A stretch of 64,000 bases of DNA from Eledone cirrhosa (Eukaryota): the NCBI GenBank assembly GCA_964016885.1, contig OZ024742.1, forward strand, positions 95,604,001 to 95,668,000. Direction: 5' to 3'. The notes under the pieces were generated by a model. It had not been told where the DNA came from, made no database searches, and saw only the letters and a list, made by a program, of their open reading frames with translations. Below, one piece after another: positions 27,654 through 39,468 of this stretch. Numbering within the stretch: position 1 is the stretch's first letter; the number at the start of each line of letters is the position of its first letter. The position numbers and the translations under genes were made by a program.

Positions 27654-27888
27654 ATACCCTTCTGCCAGATAGTTGAACGTTCGAAAGTATATACTTTCCT
27701 TATGAAAATTAACGGCTGAGCAGCCTAATTTGCATATCGAGTGAGTTCAGTCGGCCAGGCGTACCGAAAACGATAAGTTGTAATATAATGAAACGAAATT
27801 TCATTTCTCACTCTTATTACGGCACTTACTTAAATGTAAGTATGTATGTATACGTACATACATATATGTATACAGACGTACAGTAGCA

Positions 27889-27961
<73 letters not shown>

Positions 27962-28121
27962 ATATATACATACAGGTACACATATATATATGTACGTATC
28001 AGTTTAGCGAACGTTTATTATAACGCTCGCTTTGTCCGTTTGTAAACAAGCGAACAGCCTGATTTATGCCATACGGTGTTAAGGCAACCACGTCACCTTT
28101 TTGTTCAACACTGACACAGGT

Positions 28122-28164
28122 ACGATGTACTAGTTTCAAGCTTGCTAGCTATCATCAGCACCGT
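28122..28164 (-). ncRNA. Minimal hammerhead ribozyme (family A2)
   Basis: Minus strand: acggtg-CTGATGA-tagctagcaagctt-GAAA-ctag-T-A-catcgt. Confidence 0.85.
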
Positions 28165-28232
28165 ATACCCTTCTGCCAGATAGTTGAGCGTACTAAGAGT
28201 GAGAAATGAAATTTCGTTTCATTATATTACAA

Positions 28233-28317
<85 letters not shown>

Positions 28318-29769
28318 ATATATATATATGTGTGTGTGTGTGGGTGTGTATCATCATCATCATCATTTATATATTTATTTTCTTGAGGTTAAATATTTAG
28401 TCTTGTTACTCTGGAGTGATAAACAGATAAAACTCCAAAGTAACAAGACACACTATTTAGCCTTAATAAAATGAATATATATATATATATGTATATGTAT
28501 GAAGGCTATCATGCTTCACATATGTGTGAATAATAGAAACACAACATAAATATATATACAAACAATTCTGAAAAGAAATGTTTTAGCTATGTAGTTCTCT
28601 TCTGAATGGCTTATTTATATATTCATTTTTATCTTATTTATTTGTATATTTATTTATGTATTTGTTTATTGTTTGAGAATACTTGTTAAAAACAGATTCT
28701 GTCTGAGATCATATAGGAGATTGTTATTTCCAGATAAAATAACCCTTTGTCAGAAATCCCTAGAATGTAATTAGTGTTAACATTTATTCAAGGATGTGTA
28801 TGTGTGTGCATGTATGTAATTGTATATGTGTGCATAAATGTATGAGTGTGTCTGCTTGTGCCTTTATGTGTCTGTGAGTGTATGAATGTCTGCATGTATT
28901 CAAATGTATGTGTTATGTGTGCATCTGTGTATTTATGATTATGCATGTGTGTATATGTGTGTAGATATGCACATGTGTGTGATAGTGTGAGCAATTGAAA
29001 ACATTCAAGCAACAACAAGGAACTACAAATGGTGAGTGAGGTGCTAGCTGTTAACATATCTGCTTAGTCTAATTCCCATAACATTACATCATGGCTGTCT
29101 GTTGTAGAGACTATGAGGTGGGAAGGATCAAGAGAGCTGCTAGCACAACTGTTTAGATTTATCAATGACAATTAATCCTCAGTCAAATCTCAAACAAAAT
29201 TCCACAGACGTTTGCTCACTATGAAAAGCCATGCCATTCCTGTTTTGTTTTATTTTTTGTTTGTCAGTTTGGTTTTATCTCTCTCTATGCTGTCTATTTA
29301 TCTATTAATTCCTTTATTTTATGCTTTATATATATTTGTTTGTAGATATATGTACACACACACACACACATACATCAGTCCTAACCTGCTATCTTAATGG
29401 TAGTCTCTTGGCAGAAACATAAGCAAGTATGCATATATATCATCATCAGCATTTAATGTCTTTTTCCTGTGCATAGGAAGCAGACATTAAAATGACAATG
29501 GCGATAATAATGATATATATATACATACATACACACATATATATATATATATATATATTATATATAGAGAGGGGGGTGTAAAATATCTGTAGGTGTGGAA
29601 CAGGAAAAGTGAAAACAGTGCTTAGTCAGGTATGAGAGCTGATATATTATATTATATTATGTATTTATGTTTATACATGAAACAAAAGTGGTACCAGATT
29701 GTAAGGAGGATGAAATTTGTGAACTAGGTTGTGCTTCTATTCTATATATAAACATAGGTAAATAATATA

Positions 29770-30165
29770 ACCATCATCATCATTCTTTTTATGGGTATTT
29801 TTTCCACACTTCCATGGGTTGGACAGGTCCTTCTCGGCACAGTATCTCACCATTCGCTGCATTCCTTCATCATCTCGGCAATTTGAGGTCAACTCTCACT
29901 GTCCAGGTCTTTCTTGGTCTGCCTTTACTACAGTTTCCTGATATGTCCTTGCACTTCTTCACCCGTTGATCATCATCCATGTGCATCACAGTCTACTCTC
30001 TTGCACACTGCCTCAGATTCCAAGCTCTGCCTTTCTCTCACACTTACATTGCACATCCAATGAAGCATGGTTGCTTCATTTCTCTTCAGTCTACACTTGT
30101 TCTCTTTTGTCGCAGCCCATCTATCACTACAATGAAGCATTGCACTTCACATGCAGGTGCAATCA
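29770..30165 (-). mobile_element. Old RTE 3' fragment
   Basis: Reverse complement of GRPRKTW-like codons and an ACCCATG...(GAT)n tail. Confidence 0.65.
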
Positions 30166-31129
30166 TGGAAAACTGACATATTTGTATACATACAGAGTGC
30201 ATGTAAATGTGCCAGGAAATATGAATTTCCCTGTAAAATGAAAAAAATGATAAACATCCTTGATTGATTTTCATATCTTATTAGCCCCTCACCAGAAAAT
30301 GTGTATATCATCCAATCAAACATGATGTAGCATTTATTTGATGGGTATATATAACTGTTCGCTCTTAATATTATTCTGAAGTGGTTATACTAATTTGCAT
30401 ATAATTTGCACTTGTGTTGCTAATTAATTAAGAGATATAGTAAGAAGCGTGCTAGCAGCCGAAGTGTATGATGAAGTTATGTCTGTATAAATAGAGAGTG
30501 TGTAACTGAGACTGCACCATCATGTATACATACATACATATATCTAACATGTAGACATATAATTATGTTTATATACTAACATATTAGATATGTGTATGTA
30601 TTTATACAGCGTTGTGTGGTCTCAGTTGCACACTCTGTATTTATACAGATATAACATTATTGTACACTTTGGTAGCTAGCACACTTCTTACTATATATAC
30701 ATATACAAAAGGCAAACAACATATTATAATGAACAAATATATTAGTTTTACGCTTGATATAGTAGGAAAAGAGCCTTAATGTTTCAGATGCTAGTTCTTC
30801 ATCAGAAAATAGAGGAAAGTGGCCAGTGGCAGAAAGGAAAAATAAAATATGCAACTCATTGTTGTTGGTGTTATATACTATAGCTGATATACACCAGGTC
30901 TATGATGAGTTCACTTTGTTGGAGGGAATCAATTCATTTCTCACATCCTCATGTGTATTGGGACTGTAGCAGATAATTTGATTTGTGTTGTCAGGTTACA
31001 ACTGCAATATCTATGCAAAGCATGAAATTATACACATACATACACACACATATATATATATTTATATATGTGTGTGTGTTATTGATTTCTACTTCTTATC
31101 AGAAGAGTGCCATCCATTTATTGACCATT

Positions 31130-31720
31130 GCATGATCATGAGCATGCAGGTGTCTTTCCAGACCCATATTTGTTTTGCAAGCATGCTCACAGATGTGAAA
31201 TTTGAACTGTATATCCCCTGGCAATGTTTACATTCATTCTACCATGTCTGGTTAACTCACCAGCTGATTTACAAATTAAGTCACACTCATTGCAAATGTA
31301 TTGTGAAGGGTGTGGCAGTAAAACCATCTCACAAATGGTTAGATTTCTCCTTGGCTCATATGACATCAGATGATTAACAAATCCAGCTCTTAAAGAAGAA
31401 ATCGGCCACATACCCTATGTCCCTGCAGGCACTGCACTTGGGTCCCACTTATGGAGTGAATGCTTCAAAGCAGCATGCTACACTTGACTTTTCTCAAATA
31501 CATGACAGGCTCCATGATACACAGCCATCAGCTAATGTCTCCCAGTTTTCCATATCAATCTTTAAAACGTTCAGATTGTCTTTTATGGCATCGTGAAAAT
31601 GGTTCTTTGGTTTATACTGTGACCTTTTTCCTCTAGTCAGCTTCCCATGAAATAACTTTTTAGGCAGCCTTCCATCTTCCATCCTGACCACATGACCAGG
31701 CTAATGCATCTGGTTCAGAA
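31130..31720 (-). mobile_element. Degenerate RTE C-terminus with terminal C2H2-like finger
   Basis: GHVVRMEDGRLPKKLFHGKL..GKR and YICNECDLICKSAGELTRH. Confidence 0.7.
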
Positions 31721-31785
31721 TACTCATATATATATATACCCATGCAAGCGTGAACACGGACGTTAAACGTTGATGATGATGATGA

Positions 31786-31822
<37 letters not shown>

Positions 31823-31823
31823 A

Positions 31824-31915
<92 letters not shown>

Positions 31916-31990
31916 ACTCATATATATATATATAATACATATATATATATAATATATTTTTCTTCCTAATAATCGTCTTTTTCTCCCTGT

Positions 31991-32046
<56 letters not shown>

Positions 32047-32531
32047 ACACACATGCATATATATACAACAAAAGTCAACATTAAATATAAACGATATAAT
32101 AATGCTATACAAGTAATATAGCTAACTTTCTCATTATTAAGCTGGTATTTGATGTATTTTATCAAATTTCTTACATAGAAAGAAGACAGGTTTTCAGATA
32201 AACATAAACACTTTAAATGTTCTATGTAATTTAACCTGGAGTGGAAAAGTGTGTTAATATTGCAGATGCTAATTGTTTATCAGAGGACAGAAACAAAGAG
32301 AAGATAGGTTGTATTTGAGAGAGAAGAAAAATGTATTCTCTGTTACATAAATGCACACACACACTCACACATACATACATACATATATATATATGTAGTA
32401 TGCTAGGGAAAGGATCAGGGGTGTATAACACTCCACTTATCCAGCAGGCAGTATGAGGTTAGCTCAATGTCTGAGGACAGAGCCGTAATATAATAAATAA
32501 ATAACAAAGAACGCTTATAGCATATGCATAT

Positions 32532-32589
32532 CTTTACTTGCTAACATTGTTTCATCCGCACTATAAGTGGGACTCATCAGAGCATAAAG
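32532..32589 (-). ncRNA. Type-I hammerhead ribozyme (family C)
   Basis: Reverse complement of 33752-33809. Confidence 0.8.
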
Positions 32590-33299
32590 GTTAATTACAT
32601 ACCATACAAGCAATAACAAATCCAAGACATTGAAGAATGAAAGGTAATAATAGACGATAGAGGATAAGAATAAAAATAAAAATAAAAATAAAAGTAAAAA
32701 TAAAAATAAAAATAAAAATAAAAATAAAAATAAAAATAAGGGGTGCTATCAGTCACAGTTGGGCGGTGTGCTGTCAACATATAGTTACATACAAGCATAC
32801 ACATGGATAAGAGAACAGACAAGAGTAGACACATGGATAAGAGAACAGACAAGAGTAGATAAGATAATGGGATTAGGTAAGAGTAGGTAAAAAATAGGTA
32901 AAAAATAGGTAAAAAACAGACTTATAATATATATAAAAAGAAATACAAAGAAATACATAACAAACTTACATATAAAATATAAAATATAGGGTAAGGAATG
33001 AGATAAAATAATATAAAATTAAAAATTAAAAATTATATACATAGAACATAATATAGTATAATCGTAAAATAAGATAAAATAAGGTAAACTAAAATCAAAT
33101 AACATAGACTAAATTAAAATAATATAATATAAGATATAATTAAAATCAAATGTATAATTATAATTATATGTATAATTAAATGTAATTAAATGTAATTAAA
33201 TAAATAAATAAATAAATAAATAAAAATTAAAAATTAAATAAATAAATAAAATTTAAATTTAAATTTTAAAATTTTAAAATTAAAATCTAAATTTAAATA

Positions 33300-33350
<51 letters not shown>

Positions 33351-33751
33351 ATGGAGTCAAGTAAGTAAATAAATAAAATTAGATAACATGAAATGAAATA
33401 AAATAAAATGAAATAAAGTAAAATGAGATAAGATATATATTTTTTTAGAATATATCTCTTGAATATATCAGGGGCCCACGAAGGCGCTAAATGTCACAGT
33501 TATGTGTATCACTTGACAAATTTTTTTAAAATATATTTCTTGAAAACATCAGGGGCCCACGAAGGCACTAAGTGTCACAGTCACCAGTATCACTTGACCA
33601 TTGCAAGGCAATGGAGGCGTCACAGGTTGGGCAGTCTCGAAAGAGACTTTTATTTTTATTTTTATTTTTATTCTTATCCTCTATCGTCTATTATTACCTT
33701 TCATTCTTCAATGTCTTGGATTTGTTATTGCTTGTATGGTATGTAATTAAC

Positions 33752-33809
33752 CTTTATGCTCTGATGAGTCCCACTTATAGTGCGGATGAAACAATGTTAG
33801 CAAGTAAAG
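33752..33809 (+). ncRNA. Type-I hammerhead ribozyme (family C)
   Basis: ctttatgct-CTGATGA-gtcc-cact-tat-agtg-c-ggat-GAAA-c-aat-g-T-T-agca-ag-taaag. Confidence 0.8.
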
Positions 33810-34067
33810 ATATGCATATGCTATAAGCGTTCTTTGTTATTTATTTATTATATATATATGTATGCATTTATAAACATATATATATATGTGTGTGTCTGTG
33901 TGTGAGAGAGAGAGAGACACACAGAATATTTCATTTAAGATTGCTGTTGTTCTTACATGTCTCAAACATAATTAATGGAAACAGACTTTGATAAGACACT
34001 CAGGTGCTGGAAGTTCAGGAATTTACCAATCTTGCCTCGTTTATTCCTGTTGCTGTTGTTGTTATTA

Positions 34068-34622
34068 GGGTGGTGCATTGGCTGAAATTTAGAGTATTAA
34101 ACAAGAAACTTTATAGTTTTTCTTCCAGGCCTTAGCATTCTGATTTCAAATCCTTCAAAAGTCAACTTTCCAGTATCAATAAAATAAAGTACTAATAAAG
34201 TACTGTGATAGTAGATATAATCGAATTACCCTCCCCAAAAAATCATTATTATTGTTATTATTGTTGGTAAGTATCGGTAGAGGGTCTGATGCCATGCTTT
34301 ACAGCAACGAGTTACGGCCCTTTATGATCTGAGTTCAAATCCCGCCGAGGTTAACTTTGCCTTTCATCCTTATGGGTCGATAAAATAAAGTACCAGTAAT
34401 ACGCTGGGACAATTGCTGGCCTTCTGCCAAAAGTAGAAACAATTATTATTATTGCTGGTGGTGGATTGGCAGTATTGGTAGAGGGTTGTATGCCATACTT
34501 TGCAACATGGAGGTTAACTTTGCCTTTCATCCTAACGGGGTCAATAAAATAAAGTACCAGTAATGCACTGGGATAATTGCTGGCCTTGTGCTAAAAGTAG
34601 AAACTATTATTATTATTAATAT
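34068..34622 (+). mobile_element. Tandem cluster of three Meta/MESC-core SINEs separated by (ATT)n
   Basis: Repeated A-box-like TGGCAGTATTGG, B-box GAGTTCAAATCC, core and AAAGTAGAAAC tail. Confidence 0.8.
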
Positions 34623-35261
34623 TATTTGAAAGTTTCTTTAAGTTCTGTTTCTTTCTCAAATCATGCTAAGTGTCACCCTGCCACCTAAGACAACATTTGA
34701 TAATACACACACTTTACATTCAATTGTCTTACAAATGATGCCACAAGGGCACAAACAACAGTAAATGTCTTTGCAAGGTTTTTGAATTCATAATATTCTT
34801 CTCAGTCAGCACAATTTTCTGTATCTTTTGCAGGTATCTGATCCAAATATTTTCTGTACCCTTTTTCATAATTCCAAGTGTGCCGACTATCATTTTCTAT
34901 GCTAGCATGGGTTAGGACAACCTGTCTAACTCATGCTAGCGTGGAAAATGGATGTAAGAGTAAGACGGGGGTGATGTTGATATATGAATACACACCCATA
35001 TATATATATATATATATATATGGGTGTGTATTCATATATCAACATTCATATATATATAACCTTATCATGATATATATGTGTTTATATATATATATTTGTG
35101 TGTGTGTGTATGTTATGCTGGTAACACAAAACATCCAGCACACACTGTAAATGTTGTTGGCATTAGGAAGGGCATCCAGCCATAGAATACCAACCAGAAA
35201 CAGTCCTATATGAGTGAGAGATTACTGGCCGAATATGGCCAGTTTAAATGCTAAAGGGTTA

Positions 35262-35830
35262 AGATGCCACATTTTCTCAATTTCAATTGTTAGATCTTTA
35301 TACTGAGCTTTCTGAAATTTGAGATGTTACAATCTAATGGAATGTTCATGTTAATTAAAGAAACATTTTCTTTCTTTATGGCTTTTCACAATTATATCAG
35401 GTCTGCTGGCTTTGATTGTTCTGTCAGTATTCACAGAGGATTGTTACATTCTCGCCTCCTATTACTGCATCAGGGTGATGGTTGTTTTCAGGCCATAAAA
35501 CCTGCACATTACCCAATGTAAGCATTGCTTCACTCTATCATGCCTTGTTTTATGTTCCTAGGTAGTTAATACTTTGCAGTCTGAAACCAGGTGGTCAATG
35601 GACAATGGTCTTAAAATGATCATCACAAAAATCAACTCTTTTGGTCTATTCCATTTCTGATCTCATTGGCTTGAAACTTGCACATTGGGAGGCACAGGTG
35701 TTGTGTAGCCAAAATAAAGCCCTCACTCTCTGCATTTAGCCCAGCACTCCACAGTGGTTTTTATTATCATTTAGTGTTCAGTCTCTGTCAGCCTTCATGT
35801 TTTGCCAACACTTTGTAGAATTGCCATATT
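35262..35830 (-). pseudogene. Old, divergent R4/Dong fragment
   Basis: Minus-strand translation pieces: GLNAESEGFILATQ, IDHLVSDC, RHDRVKQCLHWVMCRFYGL, TDRTIKASRPDIIV, IEIEKMWHL. Confidence 0.75.
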
Positions 35831-36210
35831 ATTACTACTATTATTATCAATAATAGTAATATAGTGGATTTGCAAAATCATTAGAGCTTCAGACAAAAGA
35901 ACTTGTGGTGTTAAGTAACAGTTTTTATGTCCCGAGTTCAAAATGTTTCAAGTTAAAGTTTGCCTTTTATTCATGAGAGCCAATAGATTAAATTACCAGT
36001 CACATTCTGGGGTCAATATTGTCAACTTTGTACTCACTGTAAAAGTGCTGGCCTTATGCCTGAATTTGAAACCATTATTAGGGCTGTAGGGAATGCTGAA
36101 TTGACTTAGTTATTCATTTTTAAAAAAAGGCTGTGCAGTATTTTGTTCATGTTCTTTACATTCTGAGTTCAAATCTAACCAAGGTCAATTTTGTCTTTCA
36201 TCCTTGCAAG

Positions 36211-36368
36211 ATGGTTGGATAAGATCCATGAGCTTAGCTGGGCTCACTTGGGGATCCAGCTGGATCAGCTGGAGATGGTTGCTTCTGACTGGACTCGCTG
36301 GAAGGAGTGTTTGAGGACTCTGCCCTTGCGACCCTCTCAGGCATAAGTGGGCAAAGAAGAAGAAGAAG
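36211..36368 (+). mobile_element. RTE (Expander-like) 3' end with (GAA)n tail, inserted into a SINE
   Basis: WLDKIHELSWAHLGIQLDQLEMVASDWTRWKECLRTLPLRP. 11-bp TSD ATCCTTGCAAG/ATCCCTGCAAG. Confidence 0.8.
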
Positions 36369-37180
36369 ATCCCTGCAAGGTCAATAAATTAAAATATCAG
36401 TCATACTTGAATATAAACCAATCCCTTAGTTTATGTCTGAGGAATAGGCAAAAATCTAAACCTCAGTCATAAGATGAGGCAGCTAATGAACCCATTGTTT
36501 AGAAGCTGAGCCTCCCCATTTTATCACAAATATTTTGGTCACATATTCCTTGGCTTATAGTCGAGTATATACAGTAATTAAGTTTCCGCTCCTCCAAAAT
36601 TATTAATATGTTGGGTTGCCAGATTCATTAGAACATTGGACAAAATATCTAACGGTGTTTAGTCACAGCCCCTTTATGTTTAGAGTTCAAATATCTTCCA
36701 AGTATCGAAATAAAGTCCCAATCAGCTTCAGGAATTTATCAAAACTTCTCTTGCTAGATTTAGTTGTTATATATAGTATATATTTTTTATTGTATTATTT
36801 TCTTCTTCTTCTTCTTCTTCTTCTTCTTCTTCTTCTTCTTCTTCTTCTTCTCATATTTGCACTTCTCTGATCAAATTATTATTATTATTACTATTATTAT
36901 TATTATTATAACAATCCTTCTATAATAACTCTCAGTTATTTCTGGTGTTGTTGCTTCTGTCTGGTTAGGAGGACCAAATGCCATTGTTGATTACTCTTGG
37001 TGGCTGGTTCTAACTGTTCTCTTATGTCTTGTTGGAATCACTTTTGACAGCTTGATAAAACAAAAACAACAACAATATTGGCACCCTTCACAGAAAAAAC
37101 AACACAGCAACTACTGCCATAATATAAACCACAAACAACTATAACAACAGCAACAAATACAACCTTCCCCTTTCTTAGAT

Positions 37181-37229
<49 letters not shown>

Positions 37230-37502
37230 CAACAACAAACACGCTTATCACAAAAAGCTACAAAACAAGAATATAGCAATACAATAACAATTACAAAAAA
37301 CACAAGAAATATATGCAATACAACACCAACAACAACAATGTTCCCTACCATTAAAAACAACAACAAAGAAGTTATATAACTGCAAGAACAGTGACTACAC
37401 TAATATAGAATGTATCCAAAGTATTATATAATGTCTTCAGAAAATCTATTATATTAAAACTGTTGTACTTGTGGTGTAAAACACCTAGTGGTGTAAAACA
37501 CC

Positions 37503-38075
37503 TAGTGCATTACTGGTACTTTATTTTACTGACCCCTGTAAGGATGAAAGGCAAAGTTAACCTCGGCAGGATTTGAACTCAGAACGTGAAGGTCCATAAC
37601 TCTATGCTGTAAAGCATGGTGCCTGACACTCCACCAATAATGTCAATTCACTGCCAAGGGATAGTAATAATTGTTTCTACTTTTGGCACAAGGCCAGCAA
37701 TTACCCAGTGCATTACTGGTACTTTATGTTATCGACCCTGTAAGGATGAAAGGCAAACTTAACCTCGGCGGGATTTGAACTCAGAATGGAAAGGGCCGTA
37801 ACTCTTTGCATCAGAGCATGGCGTCCGACCCCCTACTGATACTGCCAATACACCAATAATGGTTTCTCATTTAAGCAGAAGGACAACAATTTTTTGGAGG
37901 GGAAATTTGATTAAATTTACCCCAGTGCATTACTGGCAGTCTATTTAATCGACCACATAAGGATGAAAGAAAAAGCTAAACTTGGAAGGATTTGGACACG
38001 GAATGCAAAGGGCCATAACTCAATGCCACTAAGCATGTTGTCCGACGCTCTACAGATTCTGCCAATCCACAGTAA
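37503..38075 (-). mobile_element. Tandem cluster of three Meta/MESC-core SINEs
   Basis: Three AAGGATGAAAG... cores with head and tail sequences. Confidence 0.85.
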
Positions 38076-38318
38076 AAATGGTGCGGGGATGGTAAGAATG
38101 TGTGTATGAGAGAGAGAGAGAGAGGTGACAGCTGTAACCAGTATGAAAAGGGGATGGTAAGAGTATGTGTTTGTGTAAGAGTGGATGAGGAGAGGGAATT
38201 CATTTTATATAACATTTTATGAGTAAAATATTCCATTTTGGTTGTTTATATTCAGTTTATTTTGTTGTGTTGTATATATGTACTTAAGTACTGTGTATAT
38301 TATATGTATATATATATT

Positions 38319-38419
38319 CAGGATGTCCCCCCAAAATGTATACGCACTTGTACAGGATTCTAATAAATATTGCCTGTACAAGTAATCAAAGTGTGTATAC
38401 ATTTTTGGGGAACATCCTG
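38319..38419. mobile_element. 101-bp Tc1/mariner-type MITE
   Basis: ~31-bp TIRs CAGGATGTCCCCCCAAAATGTATACGCACTT / AAGTGTGTATACATTTTTGGGGAACATCCTG in TA context. Confidence 0.8.
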
Positions 38420-38708
38420 TATATAGAGATATATATAATTTCTAACTAAGACATTTAGAATATCATATTGATCTTTATTTAACACTTCAAGATTTTCTCT
38501 AGTTAAACCTTGGAATTTCCATATCAGTTTATATGAATTTAATAGTGAATGTAAGGAAATATCTGATATAAAATGCTTAGTTTACTCATATTGTTGTTGT
38601 TATTTTTGTGTGTATATATGTATATATATCATCATCATCACCGTTTTACATCCATTCTTCCATGCTAGCATGGGTTAAACAATATATATATATATATATG
38701 TATATATC

Positions 38709-38774
<66 letters not shown>

Positions 38775-38828
38775 CATTTTTACTTTAGTATTCTTTACTC
38801 TCTCTCTCATTATTTCTCACTAAGTAAT

Positions 38829-38883
<55 letters not shown>

Positions 38884-38886
<3 letters not shown>

Positions 38887-39200
38887 CATCATCATTTTAC
38901 GTCCGCTTTTCCCTGCTTGCAAGGGTGGGACGGGAACTGATTCTGGCTTGATTTCTACAGCTGGATGCCCTTCCTATTACCAACCTCATTTACAGTGAGT
39001 GCTGGGTGCTTTTATGCCGTGGCACCTCCATGACGACTTTGCAGTGGAATGATATGGACCCCAGTCCCTATCATCTCATTTCTACAACTGAGTAAACTGT
39101 AGCAATGTGAAATAAAGTTTCTTGCCTATGGAAACAACACATCACCCTGTCTGAGAATTGAACTCACAACCTTTCGATTGCAAGGCCAATGCTCTAACCA

Positions 39201-39203
<3 letters not shown>
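38884..39203 (-). mobile_element. CORE-type tRNA SINE with RTE-derived tail
   Basis: tRNA-like head (TAGTGGTTAGAGCATTGG...GAGTTCAATTC), CORE-like GGCAAGAAACTTTATTTCACATTGCT, RTE-like tail ending (GAT)n. Confidence 0.75.
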
Positions 39204-39271
<68 letters not shown>

Positions 39272-39402
39272 TGGAAAGTTATATTTAAAATTGTTGGGTT
39301 ACAACTAGTAAATATTTATAACTGATATAAAAGCACTCGACAAATATTTGGAGTATATTTACAATATTAAATAAATGGAAACTATATTTATAAAACCATA
39401 TT

Positions 39403-39468
39403 TATTTCATTATATATATTTCGGGGATATCATATTAACAATATGTTATGCCTTCCTCAGACAAAATA
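39403..39468 (-). ncRNA. Minimal hammerhead in the PLE 3' tail (sense to the ORF)
   Basis: Reverse complement of 44535-44600. Confidence 0.75.

Larger units (their letters stand above)
27378..28236 (-). mobile_element. Family A hammerhead repeat, diverged subfamily: tandem dimer plus short inverted piece (28189-28236)
   Basis: Direct repeat with 511-bp spacing. HHRs at 27611-27653 and 28122-28164. Confidence 0.88.
32488..33853. mobile_element. Non-coding element with 208-bp terminal inverted arms, each holding a hammerhead (family C)
   Basis: 32488-32695 is the reverse complement of 33646-33853. The interior is AT-rich. Confidence 0.85.

Noticed and set aside
34068-34622. CRISPR-like array or tRNA genes from repeated SINE motifs
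   Set aside because: Units are whole SINEs with (ATT)n tails and no unique spacers. The tRNA-like heads do not form a cloverleaf.
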